Assembly: GCA_964412635.1 (NCBI GenBank)
Contig: CAYPPQ010000003.1
Location: forward strand, 24,491-88,490
DNA length: 64,000 nt
From: an uncultured Planctomycetia bacterium
GTDB taxonomy: Bacteria > Planctomycetota > UBA8108 > UBA1146
Direction of reading: 5' to 3'
Position 1 is the stretch's first letter. Each line of letters opens with the position of its first letter. The notes beneath the pieces are model-generated. The model was not told the DNA's origin. It searched no databases and saw nothing but the letters and a program-made list of their open reading frames with translations. Of this stretch, positions 36,806 to 46,897 are shown piece after piece. The position numbers were made by a program, and so were the translations under genes.

Positions 36806-38122
36806 ATGATTCCCCGGTTTCCCCGGTTACAGGAAGCCCTTGCTGGTGGTCCACTCTGGCAATTGAGACTATTTGCCATGGTGACGGCGTTCTGCGTCTA
36901 TTTCTCGATGTACGCCTTTCGGAAGCCATTTGCAGCGGGAACCTATTCGGGAGCGGAGTGGGCGACTACCGGTCTGGGACTGAAGACGGTACTGGTGATC
37001 GGTCAGATCTTTGGTTACACCCTCGCGAAGTTTCTCGGCTCTCGAATCTGTTCCCAGGCGACCCGAGAACATCGGAGTCGCTGGTTGTTCGGACTGATCG
37101 TTGCAGCGGAATCCTGTCTGTTGTTGTTCGGAATGTTGCCCGATTTCTTGAAACCTGTGGCGATGTTTCTCAACGGTTTATCCCTCGGGATGATCTGGGG
37201 TCTGGTCGTGCGTTACCTGGAGGGTCGAAGGGCCAGCGAGGTGTTACTGGCCGGCTTGAGCTGTTCCTTCATCATCGCCAGCGGAGTGGTCAAGGATGTC
37301 GGGCGCTGGTTGATGTCCGATCATGGAATTCCCGAGATGTGGATGCCCGCCGCGACCGGATTGATCTTCTTGCTGCCCTTCTGGATCGCCTTGACCCTGC
37401 TCGATCATCTTCCCGAGCCGGACGCGCAGGATCAGCAGGAGAGATCGAAACGCCCCGAGATGGACTCCCACGATCGACGGGTTTTTCTTCGCACCTTTCC
37501 CCTCGGTTTTGCCCTGCTGCTGGTGGTGTACACACTGGTCACGGCATTTCGCGACTATCGAGATAACTTCGGAGACGAGATCCTCACCGAACTGGGATAC
37601 GGCGAGGCGAAGGGGATCTTTTCCAGCATCGAAGTCCCGGTGGCGTTCGTGGTGATCAGCGCACTGGCCCTCTTCAGCCTTGTACCTGGGGGAAGAAGGG
37701 GGTTGCTGGCTCTTTTCGCCATGCTGGGCGCAGGAGCAGTGACGATGTTGGTGTCGACGGAGTTGTTCTCGCAGGGCTCCCTCACCGGCAAGGAATGGAT
37801 GCTTGCCATCGGGATCGGATCCTATCTGGTCTATGTACCCTTCGGCTCGGTCCTCTTTGAACGCATCGCCGCCACCTTGAGGTTCAAGGGAAATGCGGTC
37901 TTTGCCATCATGGTGGCAGATGGCGTCGGCTATCTTGGATCGACGATCCTGCTGATCTATCAGGATCTCGGGTATTCGAGCGATGAGACCTCTGTCAATT
38001 TCATGACGGTCCTGACCCGGGTCACTGCGGTGGTGTGTGTGGTTGGATTTGCTGCTGCGGCGATCTACTTCGATCGACATTACATCCGAGGTCGAGAATC
38101 GACACCCGATGATCAGAAGTGA
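36806..38122 (+). CDS. Polytopic membrane protein, MFS-like transporter fold, family not recognised
   Basis: ~12 predicted TM in two 6-TM halves separated by a charged loop (DAQDQQERSKRPEMDSHDRR). GAGGAG lies 5 nt before ATG 36806. Divergent from the redox operon. Confidence 0.6.
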   Translation: MIPRFPRLQEALAGGPLWQLRLFAMVTAFCVYFSMYAFRKPFAAGTYSGAEWATTGLGLKTVLVIGQIFGYTLAKFLGSRICSQATREHRSRWLFGLIVAAESCLLLFGMLPDFLKPVAMFLNGLSLGMIWGLVVRYLEGRRASEVLLAGLSCSFIIASGVVKDVGRWLMSDHGIPEMWMPAATGLIFLLPFWIALTLLDHLPEPDAQDQQERSKRPEMDSHDRRVFLRTFPLGFALLLVVYTLVTAFRDYRDNFGDEILTELGYGEAKGIFSSIEVPVAFVVISALALFSLVPGGRRGLLALFAMLGAGAVTMLVSTELFSQGSLTGKEWMLAIGIGSYLVYVPFGSVLFERIAATLRFKGNAVFAIMVADGVGYLGSTILLIYQDLGYSSDETSVNFMTVLTRVTAVVCVVGFAAAAIYFDRHYIRGRESTPDDQK

Positions 38123-38131
38123 ATCCTACGA

Positions 38132-40081
38132 TTACCGTGGTGGAATGCTGACCACCGTTGATTTCTCGGCGATCACGATGGCACCATCGACCAGCTTCTT
38201 GGCCAGTGCTCGAGGTGAGAGTCGATAATCGAATCCGACATGCATCGTGTGAACGATCAGGTTCACCGGCACCGATTGAGAGATGAACTGCGTCTTGATC
38301 GAATACGGCCCCGTCCCGGTGAGCGATTCTCCAGCGACACGATATGCGGCAGTTCGATGACCCAGTGGCTCGATGGAACGGTGGTGTTTTCTTACCCCTC
38401 TGGGATGGCCATAAACGTTGTTGGGCCTGGAGGCGGGACGGATGAAGGGGAGGGCCGAGATCGAGTTGTTGGTGGTGAGTACCTGTTCTCGCTCTCCTCC
38501 ACGCACGTTTCTCGTCAGTACTCTGGATTGCAGATTGAACAGCTGTTCATCCAGTGGAATCTCACCGTTACGGACATAGAGGGACAAGCCATCCCTGACA
38601 TCTCCATTCGGGTCACGGTCCCCTGAGATGAAAACGAGGTCTCCTCGTGAATCGGTGACTTCGACCTGAAGAACAAATATCCGCCCGATCTTGTCGGCGG
38701 GGAGATTGTGTCCACTGGAGAGGTTCTTCACGTCGATCTCGAATTCGATCCCCTCCTCACCCGCCGAAGTGATACGGATCTCGGAAAGGCCGAAGCCTCG
38801 CTGCATCATCTCGATCCGCTGTTGCTTGGCCCACTCGAGTAAATCGAGCTGCTCATCGATGATCTCACGTGCGCTGTATCGATCATCGATGGAGTTCCAT
38901 GCTTCGGGAAATTCGAACTCTTCCGGGCAATCGTCTTCGAATTCGTCGGTACCCCAGCCGCTTTCCACATCGAAGAGGCACCATTCGGGAATCGATTTGA
39001 GATCCTGGGCCCGCTTGTTGATGGGGAATACACCAGGGTGGAGGAGGGAGTAGTCCGGGCCTGCGAAGAAATGATTCGTCAACTTCCTGGTGGAAGTCTC
39101 TTCTGCAGCCACCACCGCACCGGGGCCTTGCTGGTAACCGGAGGGGATTCCCTCTGTCTTACCCATGTGGCAATCGTTGCAGGAGATTCCCTGGGCCGCT
39201 GCGGGTGAGTTTCGATACTCGCTGAGAACATCATGAACACGGAATCCGTTCGGCGTCTGGACCTCGTGGCAGCTTCCGCAAAAAGCGGGATCTTCAAGTT
39301 CGGGAAACTTCTCTACCTCAGCGTGAATGTCGCGACCGACATCGTCGCGATCAGTATTTACCTGGAATGATTCTGGATCGCCGAGGACGCGCATCATTTC
39401 GGCATTACCCTGGACACCCTTCACCGGATCGAAGAGATCTCCCCTGTCGATTGCCAGCCTTCCCATGACTTTTCGGTAGGGAGCACTCATGCGATGGCAG
39501 ACGACACACGTAACTCCCTCTCTGGAGATGGGATGTCGTTCGATGTTCGAGAGACTGGAGGGCTCACCGATGTCGGATCCGACGGGCGTATGGCAGCGAA
39601 CACAAAAATCACCGGTTGTGGAACTGGTTCCCTTGTTCAGGGCGATTTGCATCGACAACATCAGCGGACTCAACTGAGAGTATGCGTGCTGAGAAACGGA
39701 CCACTCTCGATATTGCTTGGGGTGGCAACTTGCACATCGGTGTGCCGGGGGGAATTCGTTCTCTGCAAGGAGAAGCGCATGAGCCTCGAGAGAATTGTCG
39801 TCGGATCCCTGGTGGGCAGGTGTATTCTCTGAAGGGTTCTCGGGTGAAGGTTTTTCATCAGCGAGTAAGTCATCATCGAGTAAGTCATCATCGAGCAGGT
39901 CATCATCGAGCAGATCATCTTCCAGCAGATCATCCTCCTCGACAACCGGTGCTGGAGGAGGATCCTGAGAATGGGCCTGCTGTTGTGATCCAAGTTGGTT
40001 CTCTGATGGTCCCGCAAGGATGAAGAGACCGAGCAGGGTCCAGATGAGTGCAGTGTTGTTTGGCGGCTTGCTGGCGGGCAT
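38132..40081 (-). CDS. Pentaheme c-type cytochrome, paralog of 34668..36560, with N-terminal (DDLL)n repeat
   Basis: Co-linear ~70% identity with the first paralog. CASCH, CVRCH, CVVCH, CGSCH, CNDCH. Signal MPASKPPNNTALIWTLLGLFILAG from ATG 40081, with an AAGGA upstream. Confidence 0.8.
   Translation of the reverse strand: MPASKPPNNTALIWTLLGLFILAGPSENQLGSQQQAHSQDPPPAPVVEEDDLLEDDLLDDDLLDDDLLDDDLLADEKPSPENPSENTPAHQGSDDNSLEAHALLLAENEFPPAHRCASCHPKQYREWSVSQHAYSQLSPLMLSMQIALNKGTSSTTGDFCVRCHTPVGSDIGEPSSLSNIERHPISREGVTCVVCHRMSAPYRKVMGRLAIDRGDLFDPVKGVQGNAEMMRVLGDPESFQVNTDRDDVGRDIHAEVEKFPELEDPAFCGSCHEVQTPNGFRVHDVLSEYRNSPAAAQGISCNDCHMGKTEGIPSGYQQGPGAVVAAEETSTRKLTNHFFAGPDYSLLHPGVFPINKRAQDLKSIPEWCLFDVESGWGTDEFEDDCPEEFEFPEAWNSIDDRYSAREIIDEQLDLLEWAKQQRIEMMQRGFGLSEIRITSAGEEGIEFEIDVKNLSSGHNLPADKIGRIFVLQVEVTDSRGDLVFISGDRDPNGDVRDGLSLYVRNGEIPLDEQLFNLQSRVLTRNVRGGEREQVLTTNNSISALPFIRPASRPNNVYGHPRGVRKHHRSIEPLGHRTAAYRVAGESLTGTGPYSIKTQFISQSVPVNLIVHTMHVGFDYRLSPRALAKKLVDGAIVIAEKSTVVSIPPR
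39856..39945. repeat. 6 x 15-bp tandem repeat (tcatcatcgagNaNg) encoding (DDLLx)n in the paralogous cytochrome
   Basis: The sequence shows tcatcagcgagtaag, tcatcatcgagtaag, tcatcatcgagcagg, tcatcatcgagcaga, tcatcttccagcaga, tcatcctcctcgaca. Confidence 0.8.
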
Positions 40082-40228
40082 TACCGATCCTTCGATTTCG
40101 TCTCGCATTCGATGTGGGTCAATTTTGTTATGGAAAATCAGCATAGGTCAAAACGACTGGAAACCGAATGAAATCCATCACGGATACAGATCTCAAGGTA
40201 CAAAAACAGTAGTTCGAGGGCGGAGGAA

Positions 40229-41860
40229 TTGATGAATCATCTGTTGTCCTTTTGCTTGTTGAGTTTTCTTCCACTGCTCGAGTCTCCTGATAGCCAGCCG
40301 CCCCGCCCCGACATCATCGTCATCATGGCCGATGACATGGGCTGGTCCGATATCGGTTGTTTTGGTGGTGAGATCGAGACTCCAAATCTCGATGAACTTG
40401 CCGCCGGCGGTGTTCGTCTGAGCCAGTTCTACAATACCGCTCGCTGCTGTCCGACGCGTGCATCACTTCTGACCGGACTCTATGCCCATCAGGCGGGTGT
40501 CGGCCACATGGTGTACGACGGTGGATCGCCCGGCTATCGAGGGGAACTTTCGCCGACGACGGCGACCATCGCTGAACACCTGACCGCTGCAGGTTACCGC
40601 ACCTACATGTCGGGCAAGTGGCATGTCACTCACAACCTGGGCAAGGCAAAGCAGCGGATCGAGCCGAAGAAGAGGACCAACTGGCCCATCGATCGCGGCT
40701 TTCAGCACTTCTTTGGAACCATACACGGCGGTGGATCCTACTACGATCCGGTTTCCTTGACCCGAGGCGAACAGTATCTGCCGGCTCCGGAAGGGGACTA
40801 CCACTACACCGATGCTATCAGTGAAGAAGCCGCGAAATTCATCGAGCAGAATGCCTCCCATAGCAAGGCGGCTCCGATGTTCATGTATGTCTCGTATACC
40901 GCTCCCCACTGGCCTCTCCACGCTCGCCCCGCTGACATCGAACGGGTCAAGGGGCGTTATCGAGACGGTTGGGATGCGATGCGAGAAGCGCGACTGAAAC
41001 GTCAGCGCGACATGGGGTTGATCGATGAGGCGTGGCATCTCTCGCCTCGTGATTCTCGAATCAAGAGCTGGCAGGAGACGCCAGATCATCCGTGGCAAGA
41101 GCGGCGCATGGAGGTCTACGCCGCCCAGGTCGAACAACTCGATCGCGGAATCGGCCGCATCGTGGAAGCACTCGAGGCGCAGGGTCGACTTGAGAACACC
41201 TTGCTGCTGTTTCTGGCTGACAATGGTGGTTGTGCCGAGGAGATCACATCGGGCTGGAAGAGTTTGACCATCCCGGAAAAAACCCGTGACGGTCGCGAGG
41301 TGAAAAATGGCAACAACCCGAAGATGCTACCGGGTCCGGAGGTGACCTATCAGAGTTACGGATTGCCGTGGGCAAACGCCTCCAACACTCCTTTTCTGCT
41401 CTACAAGCACCATGTCCACGAGGGTGGGATCTCGTCACCGTTGATCGCGCACTGGCCGGCAGGATTACAGGGCAGGGGGGTGATCCACGATGGACCCGGT
41501 CATGTCATCGATCTGGTCTCGACCTGTCTCGATGCCGCACAGGCGACGGCGATCACGACACTGGATGGCGTCGCCATGCAGCCCATCGAGGGAGTGAGTT
41601 TGCTGCCGATTCTCTCGGGGCAGCCCGCCACCGAGCGTCCCATCTTCTGGGAGCACGAGGGTAATCGGGCAGTGAGACTGGGGCGCTGGAAGCTGGTCGC
41701 CGGTCACAACCGACCGTGGCAGTTGTTCGACATGGTGGCAGATAGAACCGAGTTGACCGATCTCTCCGGCCAGCGAGAGCAACTGGTGGAATCGATGAAA
41801 TCGATGTACGAGCAGTGGAGGCTCCGTGCAGGGGTGAAACCGTGGCCACTAAACCGTTGA
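40229..41860 (+). CDS. Formylglycine-dependent sulfatase (arylsulfatase family)
   Basis: CCPTRASLLTG (C-x-P-x-R) plus metal ligands DDMGWSD. Signal peptide MMNHLLSFCLLSFLPLL. GGAGG RBS. Confidence 0.85.
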   Translation: MMNHLLSFCLLSFLPLLESPDSQPPRPDIIVIMADDMGWSDIGCFGGEIETPNLDELAAGGVRLSQFYNTARCCPTRASLLTGLYAHQAGVGHMVYDGGSPGYRGELSPTTATIAEHLTAAGYRTYMSGKWHVTHNLGKAKQRIEPKKRTNWPIDRGFQHFFGTIHGGGSYYDPVSLTRGEQYLPAPEGDYHYTDAISEEAAKFIEQNASHSKAAPMFMYVSYTAPHWPLHARPADIERVKGRYRDGWDAMREARLKRQRDMGLIDEAWHLSPRDSRIKSWQETPDHPWQERRMEVYAAQVEQLDRGIGRIVEALEAQGRLENTLLLFLADNGGCAEEITSGWKSLTIPEKTRDGREVKNGNNPKMLPGPEVTYQSYGLPWANASNTPFLLYKHHVHEGGISSPLIAHWPAGLQGRGVIHDGPGHVIDLVSTCLDAAQATAITTLDGVAMQPIEGVSLLPILSGQPATERPIFWEHEGNRAVRLGRWKLVAGHNRPWQLFDMVADRTELTDLSGQREQLVESMKSMYEQWRLRAGVKPWPLNR

Positions 41861-43771
41861 GAGATCCTCGGAGTTCGTGGTGTGGTCGTCTTCTTGCTGG
41901 AGCTTGGGATCGGAGCGGTCAGTCTCCGGGGTGCCGATCATGTGATTCAACGTTGCGATCAATTCACCCGGTGAGAAGGGATCTGAAAGTTCGTGAGTGG
42001 ATTGGTTTGCCAGCAACTGATCGTCTGCGGATCGCTGCGCTCCCAGTCGCAGTATCTGTCCCTGCGGATTGAGTTCGAGGTATCGACAATCGAACTCGAC
42101 CGACTCATCTGATCGAAAGCTACCAACATGGATGACCAGTTTGACCGACTGTAACTCCAGCTTCAGGATCGTTTTCGCCTGATCTATCGAGTCGTATATC
42201 TTTGAAGAGTATCCGGCAGTTCGGATCTTGCGATCAAGATGAGCTGGGGTGGATGAGTTGTGGTCGATGATGAGAACCGTGGGTGCCTTTTCCACCTCGA
42301 GGAGGGGAATCCGGATGATGACCGAGGTTTCGAGGCGAGGAGTACTCTTCAACTGAAGGGTGCCTCCAGATTCCCTGGCGAATCGGGTCGCGCTGCTGAG
42401 TCCCAACCCCGTTCCATCGGCTCCCTTGGTACTGAATCCAAGATCTGTAGCTGAATCAAGGACCTTGGTCGACATGCCTATGCCGTTGTCGGTCACGCGG
42501 ATCTCCAGAAGAGAACTGGAATGATCGGTGCGGTTTGATGGATCGGTTGCCCGGGAGGTAATCCGGGTGGAAATGTCGATGGATTTCTTTTCCATCGTTG
42601 TTATCGACGCCAGTGTTTCGATGGCGTCCCTGCTGTTGATCACCAGATTCACCATGACCATCTCGAAGTCACTCTTGCATGCATGGATGTGGCTGCCTGG
42701 GGAGTTGGAGTTGATCTTCAGCTCGATGTCTGAGGATAGTGCAGCTTCGATCAGACCCTGGATGTTATCGAGAGCTTCATCGACGGCCAGCACCTGCTGG
42801 GAATCGTCTTGATCCGCTGGTGGCTTTGATAGCTGAAGCATCTGTCGAGTGAGGGAGGATCCCTTCTGCGCAGCGTCTGAGATCTGTTTCAGAATTTGAC
42901 TCGAGCTGGAACCGGGCTCCTGTTGGAGCTGCACACGTTCGGAACTCAGAGTGATCATCGTGAGGAGATTGTTGAAATCGTGTGAGAGACTCGAGGTCAT
43001 CCGACCGATCTCCTCCACTCTCTGTGTCCTCTGAACGATCTGGTCCAGTTTCTTGCTTCGGTCATTTTCTTTCAAGATCAACGCCTGCAGTATGGAGAAC
43101 CCGAGGCATGCGGCGACGACGAACTGGCTCAACTGGATCCAGAACCCCGCAGAGTATTCCCCGAGGTAGAAGGAGAAGACAGCATGAGTGCTAGCGTAAG
43201 CCATCAGGCAGGCACTGATGGGCCAGAAGGAGCCGGGCATCTTTCGGTTGACGATGGGATTGATGACGATGGAAAGAGACCCGTATAGAAGAGCTGCAAC
43301 GATCGTCCTGGGAAGTAGCTTCCACACGAGTTTATCTTCATCAGCAGCGAAGTTTTCGATGGCCACCAGGGCGAGCAAGGAAAAGACTGCGATGTAGACG
43401 GTGCTTTTGATCTGCACCGACCTGGAAATACGTTTGAGGTCTGCCAGTTCCACCACGCAGTAAGTCAAGAACAGGGCTGATCCCCAGCCAGAGATCTGAG
43501 CCATCCAGGAGAAGAAGTGTCGAGTGAGGCTCGAAGAAAAAGATGGGGACATGACAAGCACAAGAGCCACTGCGGCAGCGAGGTGAAGAATGGCTTTGAA
43601 GCTGAAGGAGATGAAGAAAAGGTCATGTGAGGAGCGGGGGAATTGCTTTGGGATCTCTCTCGAGGCGAAGGCCATGAAGGTGAAAACCAGGGCCTGCATC
43701 GCATAGAGCACGAGAAAAATCGTGACCCATTCGTTTCCGTTCAGACTGTCAAGTTCAAAATCCAACACCAT
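41849..43771 (-). CDS. Hybrid sensor histidine kinase (7TM-type membrane sensor domain + HisKA + HATPase + receiver)
   Basis: N-terminal ~7 TM. H-box IGRMTSSLSHDFNNLL. G-boxes DNGIGM and GTGLGL. C-terminal REC-like VLIIDHNSS. Confidence 0.8.
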   Translation of the reverse strand: MVLDFELDSLNGNEWVTIFLVLYAMQALVFTFMAFASREIPKQFPRSSHDLFFISFSFKAILHLAAAVALVLVMSPSFSSSLTRHFFSWMAQISGWGSALFLTYCVVELADLKRISRSVQIKSTVYIAVFSLLALVAIENFAADEDKLVWKLLPRTIVAALLYGSLSIVINPIVNRKMPGSFWPISACLMAYASTHAVFSFYLGEYSAGFWIQLSQFVVAACLGFSILQALILKENDRSKKLDQIVQRTQRVEEIGRMTSSLSHDFNNLLTMITLSSERVQLQQEPGSSSSQILKQISDAAQKGSSLTRQMLQLSKPPADQDDSQQVLAVDEALDNIQGLIEAALSSDIELKINSNSPGSHIHACKSDFEMVMVNLVINSRDAIETLASITTMEKKSIDISTRITSRATDPSNRTDHSSSLLEIRVTDNGIGMSTKVLDSATDLGFSTKGADGTGLGLSSATRFARESGGTLQLKSTPRLETSVIIRIPLLEVEKAPTVLIIDHNSSTPAHLDRKIRTAGYSSKIYDSIDQAKTILKLELQSVKLVIHVGSFRSDESVEFDCRYLELNPQGQILRLGAQRSADDQLLANQSTHELSDPFSPGELIATLNHMIGTPETDRSDPKLQQEDDHTTNSEDLSTV

Positions 43772-43886
43772 CCGAGATCCCTAGCATTCCGATCACCACC
43801 GATAGAGGCCTGAGGGGCCGTGGAAACTTCTACCGAGGGGGAACGCTGCTGTTGCGGTCGCTGTTCCGCAATCTCCCGTCAATTTC

Positions 43887-45230
43887 TCAGATTCTCCACG
43901 GGGCTCGCATCGGTTGACGGATCAGGCGATTGGCCTCTTCATCGCCGGGGAAGGTCTGTCCCACCGGGTCATACTGTAATTTGCGTCCGGTTCGAATCGC
44001 GATGTTGGCGAGGTTGACCAGGCTGCACGAGCGGTGCCCGTTCGATTCGTTGAGTGCGAAGCGCTGGCGGGTTCGTACCGATTCATCGAAGTTGGTGGGC
44101 CCCACCTGGGGCGGATCGGGAAGGTCGTCGATGCCATCGAGGAGATCGGCGGGTTCGGTGCGCATGCCACGGAACAGTTTGCCGTTGGGTCCCTCGAGGT
44201 ACGGTAGTCCTGCAGGATCCTTCGGCCCCCACTCCCTCGATTCGAGGATCAACTCGGTCCCATCCTGGTACTTCATCGTCACCTTGCCCCACGGTCCGCA
44301 GGAGTCGGGGTGCTGTGGCCACGGTGCGATGGCACTGATCTCGGTGGGAGATGTATGGTCCTTGTCGAGGATCCACTGCACCGGATCGAGATAGTGCTGA
44401 CCCATGTCGGCGAGTCCCCCACCGTCGTAATCCCAGTAGCCGCGGAAGGAGCCGTGAGTTCGGTGAGCGGTGTACGGCTTGTAGGGTGCTGGACCCAACC
44501 AGGCATCGTAGTCGAAGTGATCTGGCACCGGCTGAGGGGCGAGATGTGGCTTTCCGGTCCAGTACATCTTCCAGGCGAATCCGGTATCGGGGCTGACTCG
44601 TACCTTGAGCGGTCCTCCCAGTCGTCCCGAGCGGACCAGTTTCTTGATGCGGCTGGCGGGGCTGCCCAGTCCATACAATCCGCCCTCGAAGCGGAACCAG
44701 GTATTGAGCCGGAACACCGCATCGGTTCTTTCGATCTCCTCGACCACCTTCATCCCCTCATCGATGGTGCGACTCATCGGCTTCTCACACCACACATCGA
44801 ATCCGGCCCGTGCCGCCGCCACGCTCATCAGGGCGTGCCAGTGAGGGGGGGTGCAGATGTGCATCACATCGATGTCGGCTCGGTCGAGCATCTGTCGCCA
44901 GTCGCTGTATCCTGTGCAACTTCCTCCGGCGTGCTTGAGACCATCCGCGAGGCGTTGAGCATCGACATCGCACAGTGCAAGAGTTGTGGGAGTGGCACCT
45001 TCCTTGTTGGGGCGGATATGAGCTCCACTGCGGCTGATACCGCCGCAACCGATGATGCCGTGGGTGATGGTGTCGCTGGGAGCGATGCGCCCTGGTCCTC
45101 CGAGAACATGAGCGGGGACGATGTGGAAGAGACCGAGGGCGGCGCCACTGGCGACCCCCCTGCGCAGGATCTCCCGCCGCGAGATGGGTTTCCGTGGATC
45201 CGATGCCTCGAGATGGTCATCGACGGTCAT
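43887..45230 (-). CDS. Tat-exported Gfo/Idh/MocA family oxidoreductase (candidate periplasmic glycoside 3-dehydrogenase)
   Basis: Tat motif SRREILRRGVASGAALGL. N-terminal Rossmann fold GIIGCGGIS and a C-terminal GFO_IDH_MocA_C-like domain. Confidence 0.85.
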   Translation of the reverse strand: MTVDDHLEASDPRKPISRREILRRGVASGAALGLFHIVPAHVLGGPGRIAPSDTITHGIIGCGGISRSGAHIRPNKEGATPTTLALCDVDAQRLADGLKHAGGSCTGYSDWRQMLDRADIDVMHICTPPHWHALMSVAAARAGFDVWCEKPMSRTIDEGMKVVEEIERTDAVFRLNTWFRFEGGLYGLGSPASRIKKLVRSGRLGGPLKVRVSPDTGFAWKMYWTGKPHLAPQPVPDHFDYDAWLGPAPYKPYTAHRTHGSFRGYWDYDGGGLADMGQHYLDPVQWILDKDHTSPTEISAIAPWPQHPDSCGPWGKVTMKYQDGTELILESREWGPKDPAGLPYLEGPNGKLFRGMRTEPADLLDGIDDLPDPPQVGPTNFDESVRTRQRFALNESNGHRSCSLVNLANIAIRTGRKLQYDPVGQTFPGDEEANRLIRQPMRAPWRI

Positions 45231-45694
45231 GCGAACTCCTCCTCATCTTCCTCGTATTCCTCATCTTCGTCGTAGTCCTCATCCAGCTCTTCCGCCTGGC
45301 GTTCCATCCGCTGGGCATGGACTCCGAGCAGGAGGGCGGTGGCCCCCTCGACGGAGGCACAGAGCAGGGTGTAGCGAGAGAAACTGCCGGAATCGAGAAT
45401 CAGGCTCGAAGCACGGGCCAGTGAGGTTCCCAGGTAGCACCACGCCAGCGGCTGGAGCCAGGAGGCGTAGCGCGGATTCCACAGTGCCCGCAGCGTCACC
45501 ACTCCCAGCATCGTGATCAGCCCACCCAGCCAGGCTCGCATCTCGCCAAGGGTGGCGGGGGTCATCTCGCCCTGATAGGGACCACTCCCCTGCCACTCGA
45601 GCATCTGATCGATGACCATACGAGGTTCGATCATCACCCAGACACCGAAACCGATGTTGAAGAGGGCGACCAGCAGTAGCAGATGTCTGACCAC
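45227..45694 (-). CDS. Small membrane protein with a poly-acidic C-terminal tail
   Basis: GTG start. 3-4 predicted TM. The tail is EELDEDYDEDEEYEEDEEEFA. A 4-nt overlap with the Gfo/Idh/MocA gene. Confidence 0.5.
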   Translation of the reverse strand: MVRHLLLLVALFNIGFGVWVMIEPRMVIDQMLEWQGSGPYQGEMTPATLGEMRAWLGGLITMLGVVTLRALWNPRYASWLQPLAWCYLGTSLARASSLILDSGSFSRYTLLCASVEGATALLLGVHAQRMERQAEELDEDYDEDEEYEEDEEEFA

Positions 45695-45697
45695 CGA

Positions 45698-46897
45698 TCA
45701 GGCTCCCCCGTCGAACTGGAAGCGGTGTTCCATCGAGTGGAGGTAGGTCTCTCCCGGCTTCAGGATGACGGAGGGCCAGTTGGGCTCACCTTCCTTGTGG
45801 ATGGCGTCGGGCCAGATCTGGCTCTCGAGGCAGAAGCCACCATGCTTCGGGTAACTCGCCCCTGCCTTGCCCGCCACCTGATCGAGGAAGTTACCGCTGT
45901 AGAACTGGATCCCCGGCTGGTCGGTCCACACCTCCATCGAGATGCCATGGTTCGGCTCCACGACTCGAGCGGCGAATCGCATCGCCCCGGCATCGCCATC
46001 GACGATGAAGTTGTGATCGTAGCCACCAGGATCTCCGTCGCCGTCGCCGGGAAGAGCGCTGATCTCGGCGCCCATCGCCTTGCCTGCGGTGAAGTCGAGG
46101 GGAGTCCCCTTCACCGTGGCGATCTCGCCGGTGGGAATCAGGTTCGCTGCGGGCGTGTAGCGCGAGCAGTTCAGGGTCAGGATCTGATCGAGAACGGTCC
46201 CCGAGGAGTGTCCTGCCAGGTTCCAGTAGGAGTGGTGAGCCAGGTTGACCGGGGTGTTCCTGTCCGTCTCTGCAGCCATCTCGACGCGCAGAACATCCTC
46301 ATCGGTGAGGATGTAGCGCACCGCTGCGTGAACCCTGCCCGGGTATCCCTCATCACCGTCGTCGCTGGTGATGGTCAGTTCGACTCCGATGCCTGCTTCG
46401 TTTTCGATCGGCCTGGCGCTCCAGATGTGCTTGTCGAATCCCTTGTCGCCACCGTGCAGGTGATGTTCGCCATTGTTGGTGGCCAGGGAGTGTTCGGTTC
46501 CATCGAGTGTGAAACGACCCCCGTCGATGCGGTTGGCGCAACGGCCGACGATGCAACCGAAGTAGGGACTGCGTTCGGTGTACCCCTGAATATCATCGAA
46601 CCCGAGAACCACATCGATGAGGTCGCCATCAGGACCTGGGACCAGACACTCGGTAACGGTCGCTCCGTAATCGATGATGCGCACGCGCATGCGACCATTG
46701 TCCAGTGTGTAACGCTGGACATCTTTGCCATCGATTTCGCCCCACGGCTCCACCACGATTCCATCGGTCACGGCTGGTCCCCTCCCGTCTCCTGAGTCGG
46801 TGATCCATGTTCCTGGGCCCTGGCATCCGATGAGGATGGTGGTCGTCAGCAGCAGCAGGGTATGGAAGCGAGTTGGTTTGCTCGTTGCCAGTTTCAT
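45698..46897 (-). CDS. galM: Aldose 1-epimerase (galactose mutarotase) lipoprotein
   Basis: Signal MKLATSKPTRFHTLLLLTTTILIGC. Mutarotase motifs NRIDGGRFTLDG, HHSYWNL, HGGDKGFDKHIW. ATG 46897 with GAGAGGAG RBS; the ORF track extends to 46993. Confidence 0.85.
   Translation of the reverse strand: MKLATSKPTRFHTLLLLTTTILIGCQGPGTWITDSGDGRGPAVTDGIVVEPWGEIDGKDVQRYTLDNGRMRVRIIDYGATVTECLVPGPDGDLIDVVLGFDDIQGYTERSPYFGCIVGRCANRIDGGRFTLDGTEHSLATNNGEHHLHGGDKGFDKHIWSARPIENEAGIGVELTITSDDGDEGYPGRVHAAVRYILTDEDVLRVEMAAETDRNTPVNLAHHSYWNLAGHSSGTVLDQILTLNCSRYTPAANLIPTGEIATVKGTPLDFTAGKAMGAEISALPGDGDGDPGGYDHNFIVDGDAGAMRFAARVVEPNHGISMEVWTDQPGIQFYSGNFLDQVAGKAGASYPKHGGFCLESQIWPDAIHKEGEPNWPSVILKPGETYLHSMEHRFQFDGGA

Noticed and set aside
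37244-38080. 278-aa minus-strand ORF
   Set aside because: It is antisense to the 12-TM transporter gene and has a charged low-complexity composition.
44310-45275. 321-aa plus-strand ORF
   Set aside because: It is fully antisense to the Gfo/Idh/MocA gene, which has clear family motifs and a Tat signal. It is a shadow ORF from high GC.
45683-46795. 370-aa plus-strand ORF
   Set aside because: It is antisense to galM, whose mutarotase motifs are clear, and has no recognisable motifs of its own.
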